NCBI GenBank assembly: GCA_039630085.1
Contig: JBCNVM010000007.1
Coordinates: forward strand, 1 to 64,000
DNA length: 64,000 nt
Origin: Candidatus Caldarchaeales archaeon
GTDB taxonomy: Archaea; Thermoproteota; Nitrososphaeria_A; Caldarchaeales; Calditenuaceae
Direction of reading: 5' to 3'
In this document: one piece after another, positions 10,209-19,844 of the stretch
How positions within the stretch are numbered: position 1 is the stretch's first letter
Layout of the letters: every line of letters begins with the position of its first letter
Notes under the pieces: model-generated
Database searches by the model: none
Seen by the model: only the letters and a program-made list of their open reading frames with translations
What the model was told of the DNA's origin: nothing
Made by a program: the position numbers and the translations under genes

Positions 10209-11098
10209 TCGAGTTACCTCCGGCGATCTGGCCCTTCACCACTAGGGTCTTAGAGGTCTCAACGATCCTGCTTCTCGCTGCCGCAGGCGAGCTCCTCGTC
10301 CAGCGGTCGGGCGTGATCAACGTCGGTATCGAGGGCCTCATGCTGTTCGGCGCGGCGACGTCGTTCATGACCGCTCAGCTCTTCGGTCCGCTTCCGGGCT
10401 TCATCGCAGGCTCGCTCGTGGGGACCCTTCTGGGACTCTTCCACGCCGTGATGTCGGTCTCTTTGAGGGTCAATCAGATAATCAGTGGAATGGGGGTTTG
10501 GTTGTTCGCGATGGGTTTCGTAACTTACTGGGCTGACAGGTATACTGGTCCTCTCCGGACTTCGGTCCCGCGCATAGCCGGTCTAACTCCTGCCCTATTC
10601 ATAGCGCTCGCCGTAGTTTTCGTGATCTGGTTCGTGCTGAACAAAACGCATTATGGCTTGAAGATACGGTCCGTGGGGGAGAATCCCGCGGCCGCTGAGG
10701 TTTCCGGCGTCAATGTCAGTAGGATAAGGTACGTTTGCACGATTATCGGCGGCACGCTGGGCAGCTTCGCGGGATCGGTCCTGCTCCTTTCGTACCTCGG
10801 GGCCTGGAGTCATCTCCCCACAAAAGGACTCGGATGGCTGTCGTTCGGATTGGTCATGTTCTCGCTCTGGAGACCAGGGATACTGCTCGCCGGGGCGCTC
10901 GCCTTCGGCTTCGTCTGGCAGTTCGCGATCTCGCCCGAGTCCATCGTCCCCGGCTTCCCAGTCCCTCTACCTGTTAGCAGAATGCTTCCGTTCTTGGTGA
11001 CGGTAGTGATACTCACGATAATCTCGACCGAGCGGTTCAGGAGGAAATGGGCTCTGCTGAAACCTGAAGCGCTCGGACAACCATACATAAAAGAATGA
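10205..11098 (+). CDS. ABC transporter permease (BPD_transp_2, nucleoside-type)
   Basis: ATGA overlap with previous gene; RSGVINVGIEG, RSVGENPAAA, PEALGQPY. Confidence 0.9.
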   Translation: MIELPPAIWPFTTRVLEVSTILLLAAAGELLVQRSGVINVGIEGLMLFGAATSFMTAQLFGPLPGFIAGSLVGTLLGLFHAVMSVSLRVNQIISGMGVWLFAMGFVTYWADRYTGPLRTSVPRIAGLTPALFIALAVVFVIWFVLNKTHYGLKIRSVGENPAAAEVSGVNVSRIRYVCTIIGGTLGSFAGSVLLLSYLGAWSHLPTKGLGWLSFGLVMFSLWRPGILLAGALAFGFVWQFAISPESIVPGFPVPLPVSRMLPFLVTVVILTIISTERFRRKWALLKPEALGQPYIKE

Positions 11099-11124
11099 TG
11101 ATCCTGAGCGTATGTGACTCTGTT

Positions 11125-12471
11125 TTACTTCAGCAGCACTATGCCGTCCAGCATGAAGTTGAGCCTCGCGAGTAGAAATTCGTCTGTCGGCATCTCTTTT
11201 GCGGGCTTCACCACGGTACCCTTCGGAGGTACCTTCAGGTTGAGCTGCGGTATTTCGATCCCCTCGCCACTGCTGACCAGCTCGTTCTCATAGAACGGGT
11301 CCCAAGCGCCGCTCATCATCTGAGCCCTCCTGAGCTCTATGAGTTTCAGTACCCTCTCGGGGATGAGCGGTCTCGCCTTCGGGCTGATCGCCTCGAGCCC
11401 CACCTTCATATCGTTCTGTAGGTCGACTGCCGGCAACTTGGTCTGGCCTGGCATGATCGGATTGTTCTCCGGCAGCGAGATGTGTGTGTTCATGCCCAAG
11501 AAGTAGATCCTGTCGGGGTTAGTAGTGCCCGCGAGGTACTCCTTCAGGATCCGGTCGAAGAGGACCTCCCATCTGGTGTCGAAGGATACGGCAACCGTGT
11601 CGGTGGTAGACCACTTGTAGAGTCCCACCACGTCCGTGTCCTTACCTACGAACCAGATCTTTTTCTCCTCCGCGACCCTGAGGGGCTCGACCGAGTCCGT
11701 GTAATGGGTCAGGACATCGACCCCGGCGTCCACTAACGCAAGCGATACCTCCTTCTCCTTGGGCGGATCGAACCACTCGCCGACGTATTTGATGTACAGC
11801 GTCGCGTTAGGGTTAGCGTCCTTGATCCCCAAGTAGAACGCGGCCATCCTCCTGAAGTTCTGCACGGCTGCCGGCCCCACTGCTATGCCGATCTTGTTCT
11901 TGCGCGTTATGGCGCCTGCGATCAGTCCCTCGAGGTACATCGCCTGATACTGTCTGATGAAAACCCTCATGAAGTTCCTTCTCGAAGAGACGTCGCTCCC
12001 GACGATGCCGAGGAAGTAGACGTTGGGGTTTTCGTCGGCTATCCTGTGGAACGCGGGGACTGCCGCGGGCTCCCAGCTCCCGAAGATCACGTTGGCCTTG
12101 TTGACGGTGATCAGGTCCCTGGCCGACGATATCGGGTCCTTGCCCTTCAGGATAACACCCTCGTCGCGGACGTAGTCGAACCAGTTGTAGATCTTCTTCA
12201 GCCTCTCCGCGGCCATCACCTGGCGCCCGTCCCACGTCGAGCCCTCGACGTATCCTCCTAGGACCATCCCCAGAACGACCTTATTGGTCGCTTGAACCTC
12301 ACGGGTCACGGTTGTCGTGAAGGCCCTCGTCTCGGTCACAGTCCGAGCTGGAGCTGCAGAGCCCCCAGCGAAGTATCCCCCAACAGCTCCCACGACTCCA
12401 GCGCCAACGGCGGCCGCCGCGACCTTTCCGGCAGTCGAGATGGCCTCCCTTCTCGTTACCCTTCTAGTCAC
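11125..12471 (-). CDS. BMP-family ABC substrate-binding protein with Tat-like signal
   Basis: TRREAI twin-arginine plus hydrophobic stretch; YLEGLIAG, WFDPPKEKE; convergent on the permeases. Confidence 0.85.
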   Translation of the reverse strand: MTRRVTRREAISTAGKVAAAAVGAGVVGAVGGYFAGGSAAPARTVTETRAFTTTVTREVQATNKVVLGMVLGGYVEGSTWDGRQVMAAERLKKIYNWFDYVRDEGVILKGKDPISSARDLITVNKANVIFGSWEPAAVPAFHRIADENPNVYFLGIVGSDVSSRRNFMRVFIRQYQAMYLEGLIAGAITRKNKIGIAVGPAAVQNFRRMAAFYLGIKDANPNATLYIKYVGEWFDPPKEKEVSLALVDAGVDVLTHYTDSVEPLRVAEEKKIWFVGKDTDVVGLYKWSTTDTVAVSFDTRWEVLFDRILKEYLAGTTNPDRIYFLGMNTHISLPENNPIMPGQTKLPAVDLQNDMKVGLEAISPKARPLIPERVLKLIELRRAQMMSGAWDPFYENELVSSGEGIEIPQLNLKVPPKGTVVKPAKEMPTDEFLLARLNFMLDGIVLLK

Positions 12472-12514
12472 GCGAAACGCGCTCCGATGGTTTTATTTAA
12501 CCTTTTTACACTAA

Positions 12515-14839
12515 CTAATATCTTCGCCGACGAATAAGTTCATAAAGCTTGTGGGGCTGCAGCGGGCTCTCGAACGGGATGACGGAGTTGTCGAGTGCGT
12601 CCTGCACTGTCGAGGCGATGACCGCGGCGACCGGTATAGCCCCTGCCTCTCCCACGCCCTTCACCCCCAGCGGGTTGAGAGGGGACGGTGTCTCGATGTG
12701 CCTTATGATTATCTCGTTCGGCGTCTCGACTGAGGTCGGAACGAGGTAATCGGCGAAGCTCGCTGTCAGAGGCTGACCGTTCTCGTCGTGCACGATCTCC
12801 TCGAGCAGAGAGAACCCTATCCCGTTTGAAAGGCCTCCGAGGATCTGGCCCTCTACGATCATCGGATTTATGACTTTTCCGCAGTCGTGGACCACGACCA
12901 TCCGCAGTATCGTGATTGCGCCCGTCTCCGGATCGACCTCTACCTCGGCCGCTGCTCCTCCCGACGAGAACACTGAGTGTACCGGGCTGAAGTACTTCGT
13001 GGCCTCGAGCCCCGGCTCTCGCTTTATCAGGCCCCGCAGGGGACGGGCGCGCTCGGCGAGCTCTCCGAGGCCCATCGACTTGTCCGGTACCCCCTTGACG
13101 TAGACCCGTCCGTCCCTGAACTCCAAGTCGTCGGGACTGGTCTCGAGGATCTGCGCCGCGAGCTCCGCGGCTTTCCTCCTGACCTCCATTGCTGCCAGGT
13201 AGACCGCGTTTCCGGCTATGGTGGCAGACCTGCTGGCGAATGTGCCCACCCCCCATGACATCTGCGCAGTGTCCCCGACGGCCACGTCCACATCGTGCAC
13301 GCTCACTCCCAACGCCTCGGAGACGATCTGTGCCAAGGTGGTGGACTGGCCCTGACCCTGGGTCCCGACGCCCGTTGCGACGCTCACCTTGCCGGACGGC
13401 GTCACGGTCACTCTGGCCATCTCGTAGGGGCCCACTCCGGCTCCCTCAACGTAGAGCGCGAGCCCAAGCCCGACGAACCTGCCCTCTCTCCTGTACCTCT
13501 CCCTGCGTTCGGGCCAGCCTCTGTAGTCTATCGCGTCCAAGAGCGTCTCGAGGAGGAGCGGGTAATTCCCGCTGTCGTACTTCACCGGCCCTCCGTCCTG
13601 ATAGATTATCCCGGTGTCGTACGGGAACTCGTTGGGCTGGATGATATTCCGCCTCCTTATCTCGGCCCTGTCAAGTCCCAACCTGTGCGCCGCCACGTCC
13701 ATCATCCTTTCCATCACGTAAACGGCTTCCGGTCTTCCGGCGCCTCTGACCGGGCTGACGATGGTCTTGTTGGTGTAGACCGACGCGAACTCCACGTCGA
13801 ACGCGGGTATTTTGTATGGTCCGGGCATCGTCCCTGTTGTGATGATCGGCACCATTATTCCATAGGGTGTGTAAGCTCCAGTGTCGACTAGGAAACTGTC
13901 GCTCAGTCCTAGTATCTTCCCGTCCCTGCTGAAGGCTGCCCTCACGTAGTGGACCTGTATCCTCTGCTGGTTGGCCGCCACCATATACTCCCGCCTCTCC
14001 TCTATCCACTTGACCGGACGGCCCAGCCTGATCGCCGCGAAGGGGACTAAGATCTCCTCGGGGTAGAACAGCATGATCTTCGGGCCGAACCCACCCCCCA
14101 CGTCTGGAGCTATCACCCTCACCCGATTCTCGGGAATGCCGAACAGCTTCGCGAGTCCGTTCCGGATCGGAATTGGGGCTTGGGTGGAGTCCCAGACCGT
14201 CAGATAACCCGACTTCTCGTCGTAGTGCGCCACCACACCCCTGGTCTCTATGGATGCCCCCGCGCCCCTGTTGAAGACGATTCGCTGCTCTATCACGAGG
14301 TCTGCGCGCCGGAAGGCCTCGGAGACGTCTCCGACCCTCACCCTATGTCGGGCTGCTATGTTGTTGGGCACGTCGTCGTGTACGAGCGGAGACCCGGGCT
14401 GAATCGCCCTCTCAACGTCAACGACTGGTTCCAGCGGATCGTATTCCACAGATATCAGCTCCAACGCGTCCCTTGCGACGTACTTGTCCTCGGCTACGAC
14501 CATCGCGATCGGTTCCCCCACGTAACGCACCTTGTCCTTCGCTAGCGCGTAGTGGGTCTTCATGTAGGGTATCGGATATTGAGGCAGCGGGGTGATCGAG
14601 GGTGGAAGCGGTCCGTTCAGGGGCCCTAAGTCCTCGGCCGTGTAGACCGCCGCTACCCCGTCCAGCCTCTCGGCCCCCGACTTGTCAATCGAGACTATCC
14701 TCGCGTGGGCGTGGGGACTTCTCAGGATTGCAGCGTAGAGCATTCGTGGGAGGACGATGTCGTCAACGAACAGGCCCTTGCCCGATAGAAGCCTCCCGTC
14801 CTCCAGTCTAGGTACGGAGGCTCCTATAATTTTCTTCAT
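12515..14839 (-). CDS. Xanthine dehydrogenase/CoxL-family molybdopterin-binding large subunit
   Basis: LRSPHAHARI, VGGGFGPK, VRGAGRPE, GQGQSTT, FASRS, GQILGG, KGVGEAG; ATG at 14839. Confidence 0.93.
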   Translation of the reverse strand: MKKIIGASVPRLEDGRLLSGKGLFVDDIVLPRMLYAAILRSPHAHARIVSIDKSGAERLDGVAAVYTAEDLGPLNGPLPPSITPLPQYPIPYMKTHYALAKDKVRYVGEPIAMVVAEDKYVARDALELISVEYDPLEPVVDVERAIQPGSPLVHDDVPNNIAARHRVRVGDVSEAFRRADLVIEQRIVFNRGAGASIETRGVVAHYDEKSGYLTVWDSTQAPIPIRNGLAKLFGIPENRVRVIAPDVGGGFGPKIMLFYPEEILVPFAAIRLGRPVKWIEERREYMVAANQQRIQVHYVRAAFSRDGKILGLSDSFLVDTGAYTPYGIMVPIITTGTMPGPYKIPAFDVEFASVYTNKTIVSPVRGAGRPEAVYVMERMMDVAAHRLGLDRAEIRRRNIIQPNEFPYDTGIIYQDGGPVKYDSGNYPLLLETLLDAIDYRGWPERRERYRREGRFVGLGLALYVEGAGVGPYEMARVTVTPSGKVSVATGVGTQGQGQSTTLAQIVSEALGVSVHDVDVAVGDTAQMSWGVGTFASRSATIAGNAVYLAAMEVRRKAAELAAQILETSPDDLEFRDGRVYVKGVPDKSMGLGELAERARPLRGLIKREPGLEATKYFSPVHSVFSSGGAAAEVEVDPETGAITILRMVVVHDCGKVINPMIVEGQILGGLSNGIGFSLLEEIVHDENGQPLTASFADYLVPTSVETPNEIIIRHIETPSPLNPLGVKGVGEAGAIPVAAVIASTVQDALDNSVIPFESPLQPHKLYELIRRRRY

Positions 14840-15046
14840 ATGACGCCGGTCATTGATTCTATTATTTATGTTTATTCTTTGATATAATAGTTTTGCAGTC
14901 GTATGCCACATCGGAGGCGGTTCGCGTCTTCCCGTTCCACTGCTGCAGCAGGGCTCGCCTCGAACGCCGTCATGATGCGATTCTTTGCGCGGTCTCCGGG
15001 CCGAACTCGCGAACCTTTTTCCCGGAGAGGGAACGCGTAGCGCGCG

Positions 15047-15898
15047 ATGAAGTCCGGCGCGCTGAGCTACGACGAGGGCTACAGGCTGCTGTCGGAAGGC
15101 GGCGGAACCGTCGAGGCTCTGGGGAGCAGGGCGGCATACGTGAGGACGCCCTCCGAGGATGTTGTGATACTGACCGATCGACCTCTGACGCGCTATTCGG
15201 TCTCCCTCTTCGACTCTTGGGAGGACTTGAGGAAGGTCATCGAAGTGGGCGACCGCGTCTCGATCGAGCGGTCGACGCTGACGATCGGAGCTGAGCTCCG
15301 CGTGCCGTTGAGGGTACGGGGTCTCTGTTCGAGGGTGACGGGCCGCTCTGATCTCAGCCCAGAGTCCCTGAGCTCGGCGATCAGTTATTTCCGGGCGCTC
15401 GCTTCAGTCGACGAGCGCGACCCGGTTGTGGAGCGAGGCGTAGAGATCCTCAGGAGCAGCGCGAGTGCCGACGCTCTCTGCGAGTCCCTTAAGGAGGTCG
15501 TCGGAAAGGGCAGGGGGTACACGCCGGTCGGCGACGACTTCGTTTCGGGGGTCATGGTGGCCTTCAAGTTACTTGGCCGCGAATCTGACTTCCGTCCGCT
15601 CGTAGAGTTCGCAAAGTCGCGTTCGAGGTGGCCCAGCTGGAAAATGATGGAGCACTCCCTTCACGGGTGCACATTCCTTTCGGTCATGTCGCTCTGTGCC
15701 TCGATCGCAAAGGGGTCTGACCCAACTCCACATGTGATGAGTTCACTTAGGATGGGCAGCTCAACGGGGCTTGCCGTTTTGACAGGGCTTTTTGAGACGT
15801 TGTTTTTGTATTACAGGAGTTTGTCTAATATGTTTTTGAGGTCGTCCTCGATTTCCGCAGGTGGGCTCCATTCGACGTCGACGACTTCCACACCCTGA
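15047..15898 (+). CDS. DUF2877 protein (YlbF/AllH-like oxamate carbamoyltransferase subunit)
   Basis: GKGRGYTPVGDDFVSG and MGSSTG motifs resemble DUF2877 (GxGxGLTPxGDD ... GHTSG); next to FdrA and DUF1116. Confidence 0.8.
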   Translation: MKSGALSYDEGYRLLSEGGGTVEALGSRAAYVRTPSEDVVILTDRPLTRYSVSLFDSWEDLRKVIEVGDRVSIERSTLTIGAELRVPLRVRGLCSRVTGRSDLSPESLSSAISYFRALASVDERDPVVERGVEILRSSASADALCESLKEVVGKGRGYTPVGDDFVSGVMVAFKLLGRESDFRPLVEFAKSRSRWPSWKMMEHSLHGCTFLSVMSLCASIAKGSDPTPHVMSSLRMGSSTGLAVLTGLFETLFLYYRSLSNMFLRSSSISAGGLHSTSTTSTP

Positions 15899-15962
15899 CT
15901 TCGGAGGCTCTCGGAGAATATTGACACGCCGATGCAGAGCACCTTTCCGATCCTCTCCGGCG

Positions 15963-17510
15963 TCATGTCACCTCACTCAGGACGAACCTCTCGATTAAGT
16001 GATGGAGCACCGATGCGTCCTCCTCCGCGCACGCCGCTGCGAACGCCGCGGTCACCGCGTTGGAGCCGGTGGTTATGAGCGGGTACTTCGAGAGCTCCCG
16101 TGTTTGATCCCATTGGGGGTCTTCGCCGGTTCCGACGACCCTCGCCGAGACCCTCTTGCGCTCTCCGGTCGCTAGCGCAGGCCCGACCTCCTCCAAGGTC
16201 CTCGAGACTGCGTCCACGGGAGCTCCGTACCCGATGATCAGGTCGAACGCGATCGATCCTGTCTCTGGTGATGCCAGCTCTTGAGTTATCCGCCTGTTCC
16301 TCAGCGACGGGTCTATTATCGGATGAACTCTTCCGGCGGTGAACTCCTCCGACCCGTAGTCAACCACGGTCGCCCCCCTAGAGCGCAGCGGATCGTCTAG
16401 CTTCTTCGTCCAAGGCAGCTCCAAATTCGAATAGACCTCGATCCCCGCCTCGCTCCACAGGAATGCCGTCTCGGTCGCAAGCGTTCCGCCGCAGTAGAAT
16501 CCGCGGGGATGACCTCCTCCGTCGACCTTCTCCTTGAGCGAGGTCACCTCTCTCTCCAGTGCCGAGAGGGCCTTGCTGTAAGCCTGAGGTGAGACGAGAG
16601 AGCAGGCCTTCAGCGCGGTCGCGTGGAGTGTGGGGAGTTGCGGGTGCTCGCTGATCTTCTCCTTGTGTCCGAGAAGGCAGAGCAGCAGGGGCTTGCCGAT
16701 CTTCGCGTCTTCGAGGACCCGTTTCACGAGTTCCGCATCTGACTGCTTGGCCAGCAGCACGATGACCTTCGTGCTCCGGTCTCCGTCGAGGAGCCTCAGC
16801 GACTCGCGCGTCATCAGCCCTCCCACGGCTCTGGTCATGTCGCGTCCTCCCACTCCGATCGCGTGAGAGATGCCCACTCCCATGTCGTGTAGTATGACCG
16901 ACAACTCTTGGATGCCTGAGCCGGATGAGGCCACTATCCCCACCGGGCCCCTGATGACCCTGTTCGCGAACCCGAAGCCCACGCCCCCAATTATCGAAGT
17001 CCCGGCCTCCGGCCCCATCACTAGGAGGTTCCTCGCGGCGGCCTCGCGCTTCATCGCTACCTCCACCTCTATCGGGACGTGATCGCTGAAGACGAAGAGG
17101 TTGACTCCCCTCTCGAGGAGCTTGAATGCGACGTCCTTCACGTGCTGTCCGGGTATCGATATCGATGCCATTCTTATGTCCGGGTTCTCGTGCAGAGCGT
17201 CGTCTATGCTCGCGTATCTGGCGGTCCGGGGCTTCATCTGGAACAGGACCTCTCTCGCCTTCCTCAGGACGCCTTCCGTCAGCCCGACTCCCTTAAGTGC
17301 GATCACGATATCGTTTGGTCCTGCACGGTCGCCCTCCGGCGTGAGGATCCCCTGCGACCTCAGGAGCTCCTTATTGGCTTCGGTGGCCATGACGACCGCG
17401 ACCTCGATCACCCCGGGCAGCCTCTTGATCGCCTCGGAGGCTTCCATCAGCTGCACCGAATCCCGATAAAGGCCTTGCACTACCAAGTTGATTACGTCAG
17501 TTGAACCCAC
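15963..17510 (-). CDS. fdrA: FdrA/AllF-like protein (succinyl-CoA synthetase alpha-like fold)
   Basis: YRDSVQLM, MATEANKELL, FSDHVP, LLVMGPEAGT, GVGGRDM, GFYCGGTLA, FTAGRVHPIIDP; start approximate. Confidence 0.88.
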   Translation of the reverse strand: MGSTDVINLVVQGLYRDSVQLMEASEAIKRLPGVIEVAVVMATEANKELLRSQGILTPEGDRAGPNDIVIALKGVGLTEGVLRKAREVLFQMKPRTARYASIDDALHENPDIRMASISIPGQHVKDVAFKLLERGVNLFVFSDHVPIEVEVAMKREAAARNLLVMGPEAGTSIIGGVGFGFANRVIRGPVGIVASSGSGIQELSVILHDMGVGISHAIGVGGRDMTRAVGGLMTRESLRLLDGDRSTKVIVLLAKQSDAELVKRVLEDAKIGKPLLLCLLGHKEKISEHPQLPTLHATALKACSLVSPQAYSKALSALEREVTSLKEKVDGGGHPRGFYCGGTLATETAFLWSEAGIEVYSNLELPWTKKLDDPLRSRGATVVDYGSEEFTAGRVHPIIDPSLRNRRITQELASPETGSIAFDLIIGYGAPVDAVSRTLEEVGPALATGERKRVSARVVGTGEDPQWDQTRELSKYPLITTGSNAVTAAFAAACAEEDASVLHHLIERFVLSEVT

Positions 17511-17572
17511 AATCGATGCGATCTGAAAGTGCAATATTTATATTAGTGTTCCGAGGCGTGATGATCGCGACC

Positions 17573-18370
17573 ATGTCTGCCGTTGTAGATCTGTCAAAGG
17601 TAAAAATATATGACTTATCCCAGCCGACCAGCGCGAGAGCTCCGCCCTTCATGTACTACCCTCCGTTCAAATGGACGTGGATCAAGAGGCTCGGAGAGCA
17701 CGGCGTCAACGCGCAGTACATCGAGGGACCGCTTCACACGGGTACGCACTTCGACGGCCAGCTGCACTTCATGACGGGAGGGAAGGACATGGCCAGCATC
17801 GACGTCAGCTACTTCATCGGGGAGGGGATCATAGTTGACATCAGCAAGCGCGTCGGCGACTACGACATCTACACAAGCGACATGATCGAGGAGGCGGCGA
17901 GGGAGGCAGGCCTCCGGATAAAGCCCGACGACATACTGCTCATCTACACGGGTTACAGCCGTTACGCGTGGTGCGGTCCCGAGCCCGACGAAGTGCGGTA
18001 CATGTGTAAGCACCCGGGCCCCGACATCAGGTTCGCGAGGTGGTGCATCGAGAAGAGGATCAGGTGGCTCGGCGTCGACGCGATGTCGCAGGACCACCCT
18101 CTGAACACCGTCGTCAGGAGGGCGAGGCCCGACCTGGTAGCGGAGGCCGAAAGGAAGTGGGGAAAGAAGATCGACGAGGTGCTGCCCTGGCCCGAGAACT
18201 ATCAGGTGATGCACACGATGCTTTTCCCGAGGATGATCCTTCATGTCGAGAACCTAGGAGGGGACATCGACAAGGTCGTCAACAAGAGGTGCCTGATCAT
18301 AGCGCTGCCGTTCAAGTTCGAGGGAGGAGAGAGCGCGTACTGCCGAGTGGTGGCCCTCACCTCGGAATGA
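17573..18370 (+). CDS. Cyclase-family metal-dependent amidohydrolase (KynB/isatin hydrolase-like)
   Basis: HTGTHFDG metal motif, DILLIYTG, LGVDAMSQD, HVENL, GGESAYCRVVA. Confidence 0.88.
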   Translation: MSAVVDLSKVKIYDLSQPTSARAPPFMYYPPFKWTWIKRLGEHGVNAQYIEGPLHTGTHFDGQLHFMTGGKDMASIDVSYFIGEGIIVDISKRVGDYDIYTSDMIEEAAREAGLRIKPDDILLIYTGYSRYAWCGPEPDEVRYMCKHPGPDIRFARWCIEKRIRWLGVDAMSQDHPLNTVVRRARPDLVAEAERKWGKKIDEVLPWPENYQVMHTMLFPRMILHVENLGGDIDKVVNKRCLIIALPFKFEGGESAYCRVVALTSE

Positions 18371-18376
18371 GCAGGC

Positions 18377-19639
18377 ATGGAGACGCTTAAGGAGGAGATC
18401 GAGAGGGCGAACGATAAGTGCCTCGATCTGATGATGGAGGCGAGGCCCCTCCTCGTGGACATCGTAGAGGCGCGGAAGGTCATACCCTTCCTCGCGAAGG
18501 ACAAATGCCTCACGCATGCGGGCCCGCCGATTAGCTGGGATAGGGCCAGCGGCCCCCTGAGGGGCGCGATAATCGGAGCCGCGATCTACGAGGGCTGGGC
18601 CGAGAACGAGAGAGAGGCGATCAGGCTGGCGGAGAGGGGTGAGATAGTCCTCGAGCCCAATCACCATCACTCGGCGGTCAGTCCCATGGCCGGCGTCATC
18701 TCGCCGTCGATGAAGGTCTTCGTGGTCAGGGACGGTGACCTGAGGACTTACAGCAACCTCAACGAGGGGCTCGGTAAGGTCATGAGGTACGGCGCCTACT
18801 CCCCCGACGTTTTGGACCGCCTCCGCTTCTTGAACGAGGTCGTCGGCCCCGTTCTCTCCGACGCGGTGAAGGAGTACGTCCGTGATAAGGGGGGAATGGA
18901 TCTGAAGAGCATAATGGCCCAGGCGGTCCATATGGGCGACGAGTGTCACAACCGGAACATTGCCTCGACTTCCCTGTTCTACAGAGAGATATCGTCCTAT
19001 GTTATCGACTCGACTGACAAAGAGACAGCAAAAATTGTGCTTAAGACGATCGACTCTAACATCTTATTCTTCCTTAACATGGCAATGGCGGCCTGCAAGC
19101 TGATGGCCGATAGGGCCCACGGCGTCAAGTACAGCACGATCGTGACCACGATCGCGAGGAACGGCACGGACGTCGGCATCAGGGTGAGCGGGCTCGGAGA
19201 CCAGTGGTTCACAGCTCCGGCGACCATACCTAGGGGTCTGTACTTCTCAGGGTTCAGCGAGTCCGACGCAAACCCCGACATAGGCGACAGCACGATAACC
19301 GAGACAGTCGGGCTCGGTGCGGCCGCTTTGGCGGCGAGCCCGGCGATCGTGAGGTTCATCGGCGGGGACGCGAAGACGGCGATCGAGATCACCAACAGGA
19401 TGGCGAAGATCTGTCACGGCAGGCACCGCTACTTCACGATCCCCTATCTAGAGTTCGAGGGTACCCCAGTTGGGATAGACATCAGGAGGGTTCTGCGACT
19501 CGGTCTTCCGCCTGTGGCCGACACGGGCATAGCGCATAGGGAGGCCGGAGTGGGGCAGATAGGCGCAGGGATCGTCGAGCTGCCGATCGAGCCCTTCAAG
19601 CAGGCCCTGAGGAAATACGCCGAGGCCTACGGGATCTGA
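18377..19639 (+). CDS. DUF1116 protein (YlbE/YahG/AllG-like)
   Basis: HAGPPI, PMAGVISPSM, NEGLGKVMRYGA, MGDECHNRN, ARNGTDVGIRVSG, DIGDSTITET, GQIGAG. Confidence 0.9.
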   Translation: METLKEEIERANDKCLDLMMEARPLLVDIVEARKVIPFLAKDKCLTHAGPPISWDRASGPLRGAIIGAAIYEGWAENEREAIRLAERGEIVLEPNHHHSAVSPMAGVISPSMKVFVVRDGDLRTYSNLNEGLGKVMRYGAYSPDVLDRLRFLNEVVGPVLSDAVKEYVRDKGGMDLKSIMAQAVHMGDECHNRNIASTSLFYREISSYVIDSTDKETAKIVLKTIDSNILFFLNMAMAACKLMADRAHGVKYSTIVTTIARNGTDVGIRVSGLGDQWFTAPATIPRGLYFSGFSESDANPDIGDSTITETVGLGAAALAASPAIVRFIGGDAKTAIEITNRMAKICHGRHRYFTIPYLEFEGTPVGIDIRRVLRLGLPPVADTGIAHREAGVGQIGAGIVELPIEPFKQALRKYAEAYGI

Positions 19640-19727
19640 ACACGACAGCCCTCTGTAGGGCCCTTCGCCAATCGATCAGCCGACCGGAGCCTTAGTCGGA
19701 CCTCTCGCCGACGAGCAGGGCTGTTCT

Positions 19728-19751
19728 GTGGACCGGGCGGGATTCGAGCCC
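19728..19751 (-). repeat. 24-bp copy of tRNA-Ala 3' end (att-like fragment), inverted relative to the tRNA at 21876
   Basis: Minus strand GGGCTCGAATCCCGCCCGGTCCAC versus tRNA 21926-21949 GGGTTCGAATCCCGCCCGGTCCAC (23/24 identical). Confidence 0.9.
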
Positions 19752-19844
19752 AGATTTACTCACCGGCTTTCCTTATTACTCCGAAAAAAGGTAGGTAAGT
19801 TCACAGAAAAAGTTATAAATTTCTACGTGCAAGGGTTTATAATA

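Noticed and set aside
11095-11107. ATGATGA..CTGA as a C/D box sRNA
   Set aside because: The boxes are only 2 nt apart, with no guide regions; it overlaps a stop codon
12515-14839. Aerobic CO dehydrogenase (form I CoxL)
   Set aside because: Lacks the Cys-containing AYRCSFR loop and has no adjacent coxM/S or accessory genes
7535-15921. 13-bp direct repeat TCTCGGAGAATAT at 7535-7547 and 15909-15921
   Set aside because: About one such 13-mer pair is expected by chance in 12 kb, and the second copy lies between convergent genes
19728-19844. ORF start MDRAGFEP as N-terminus of the HAD protein or a split integrase fragment
   Set aside because: It is the translated tRNA fragment; HAD homology starts at ATG 19845 and no tyrosine-recombinase motifs are seen
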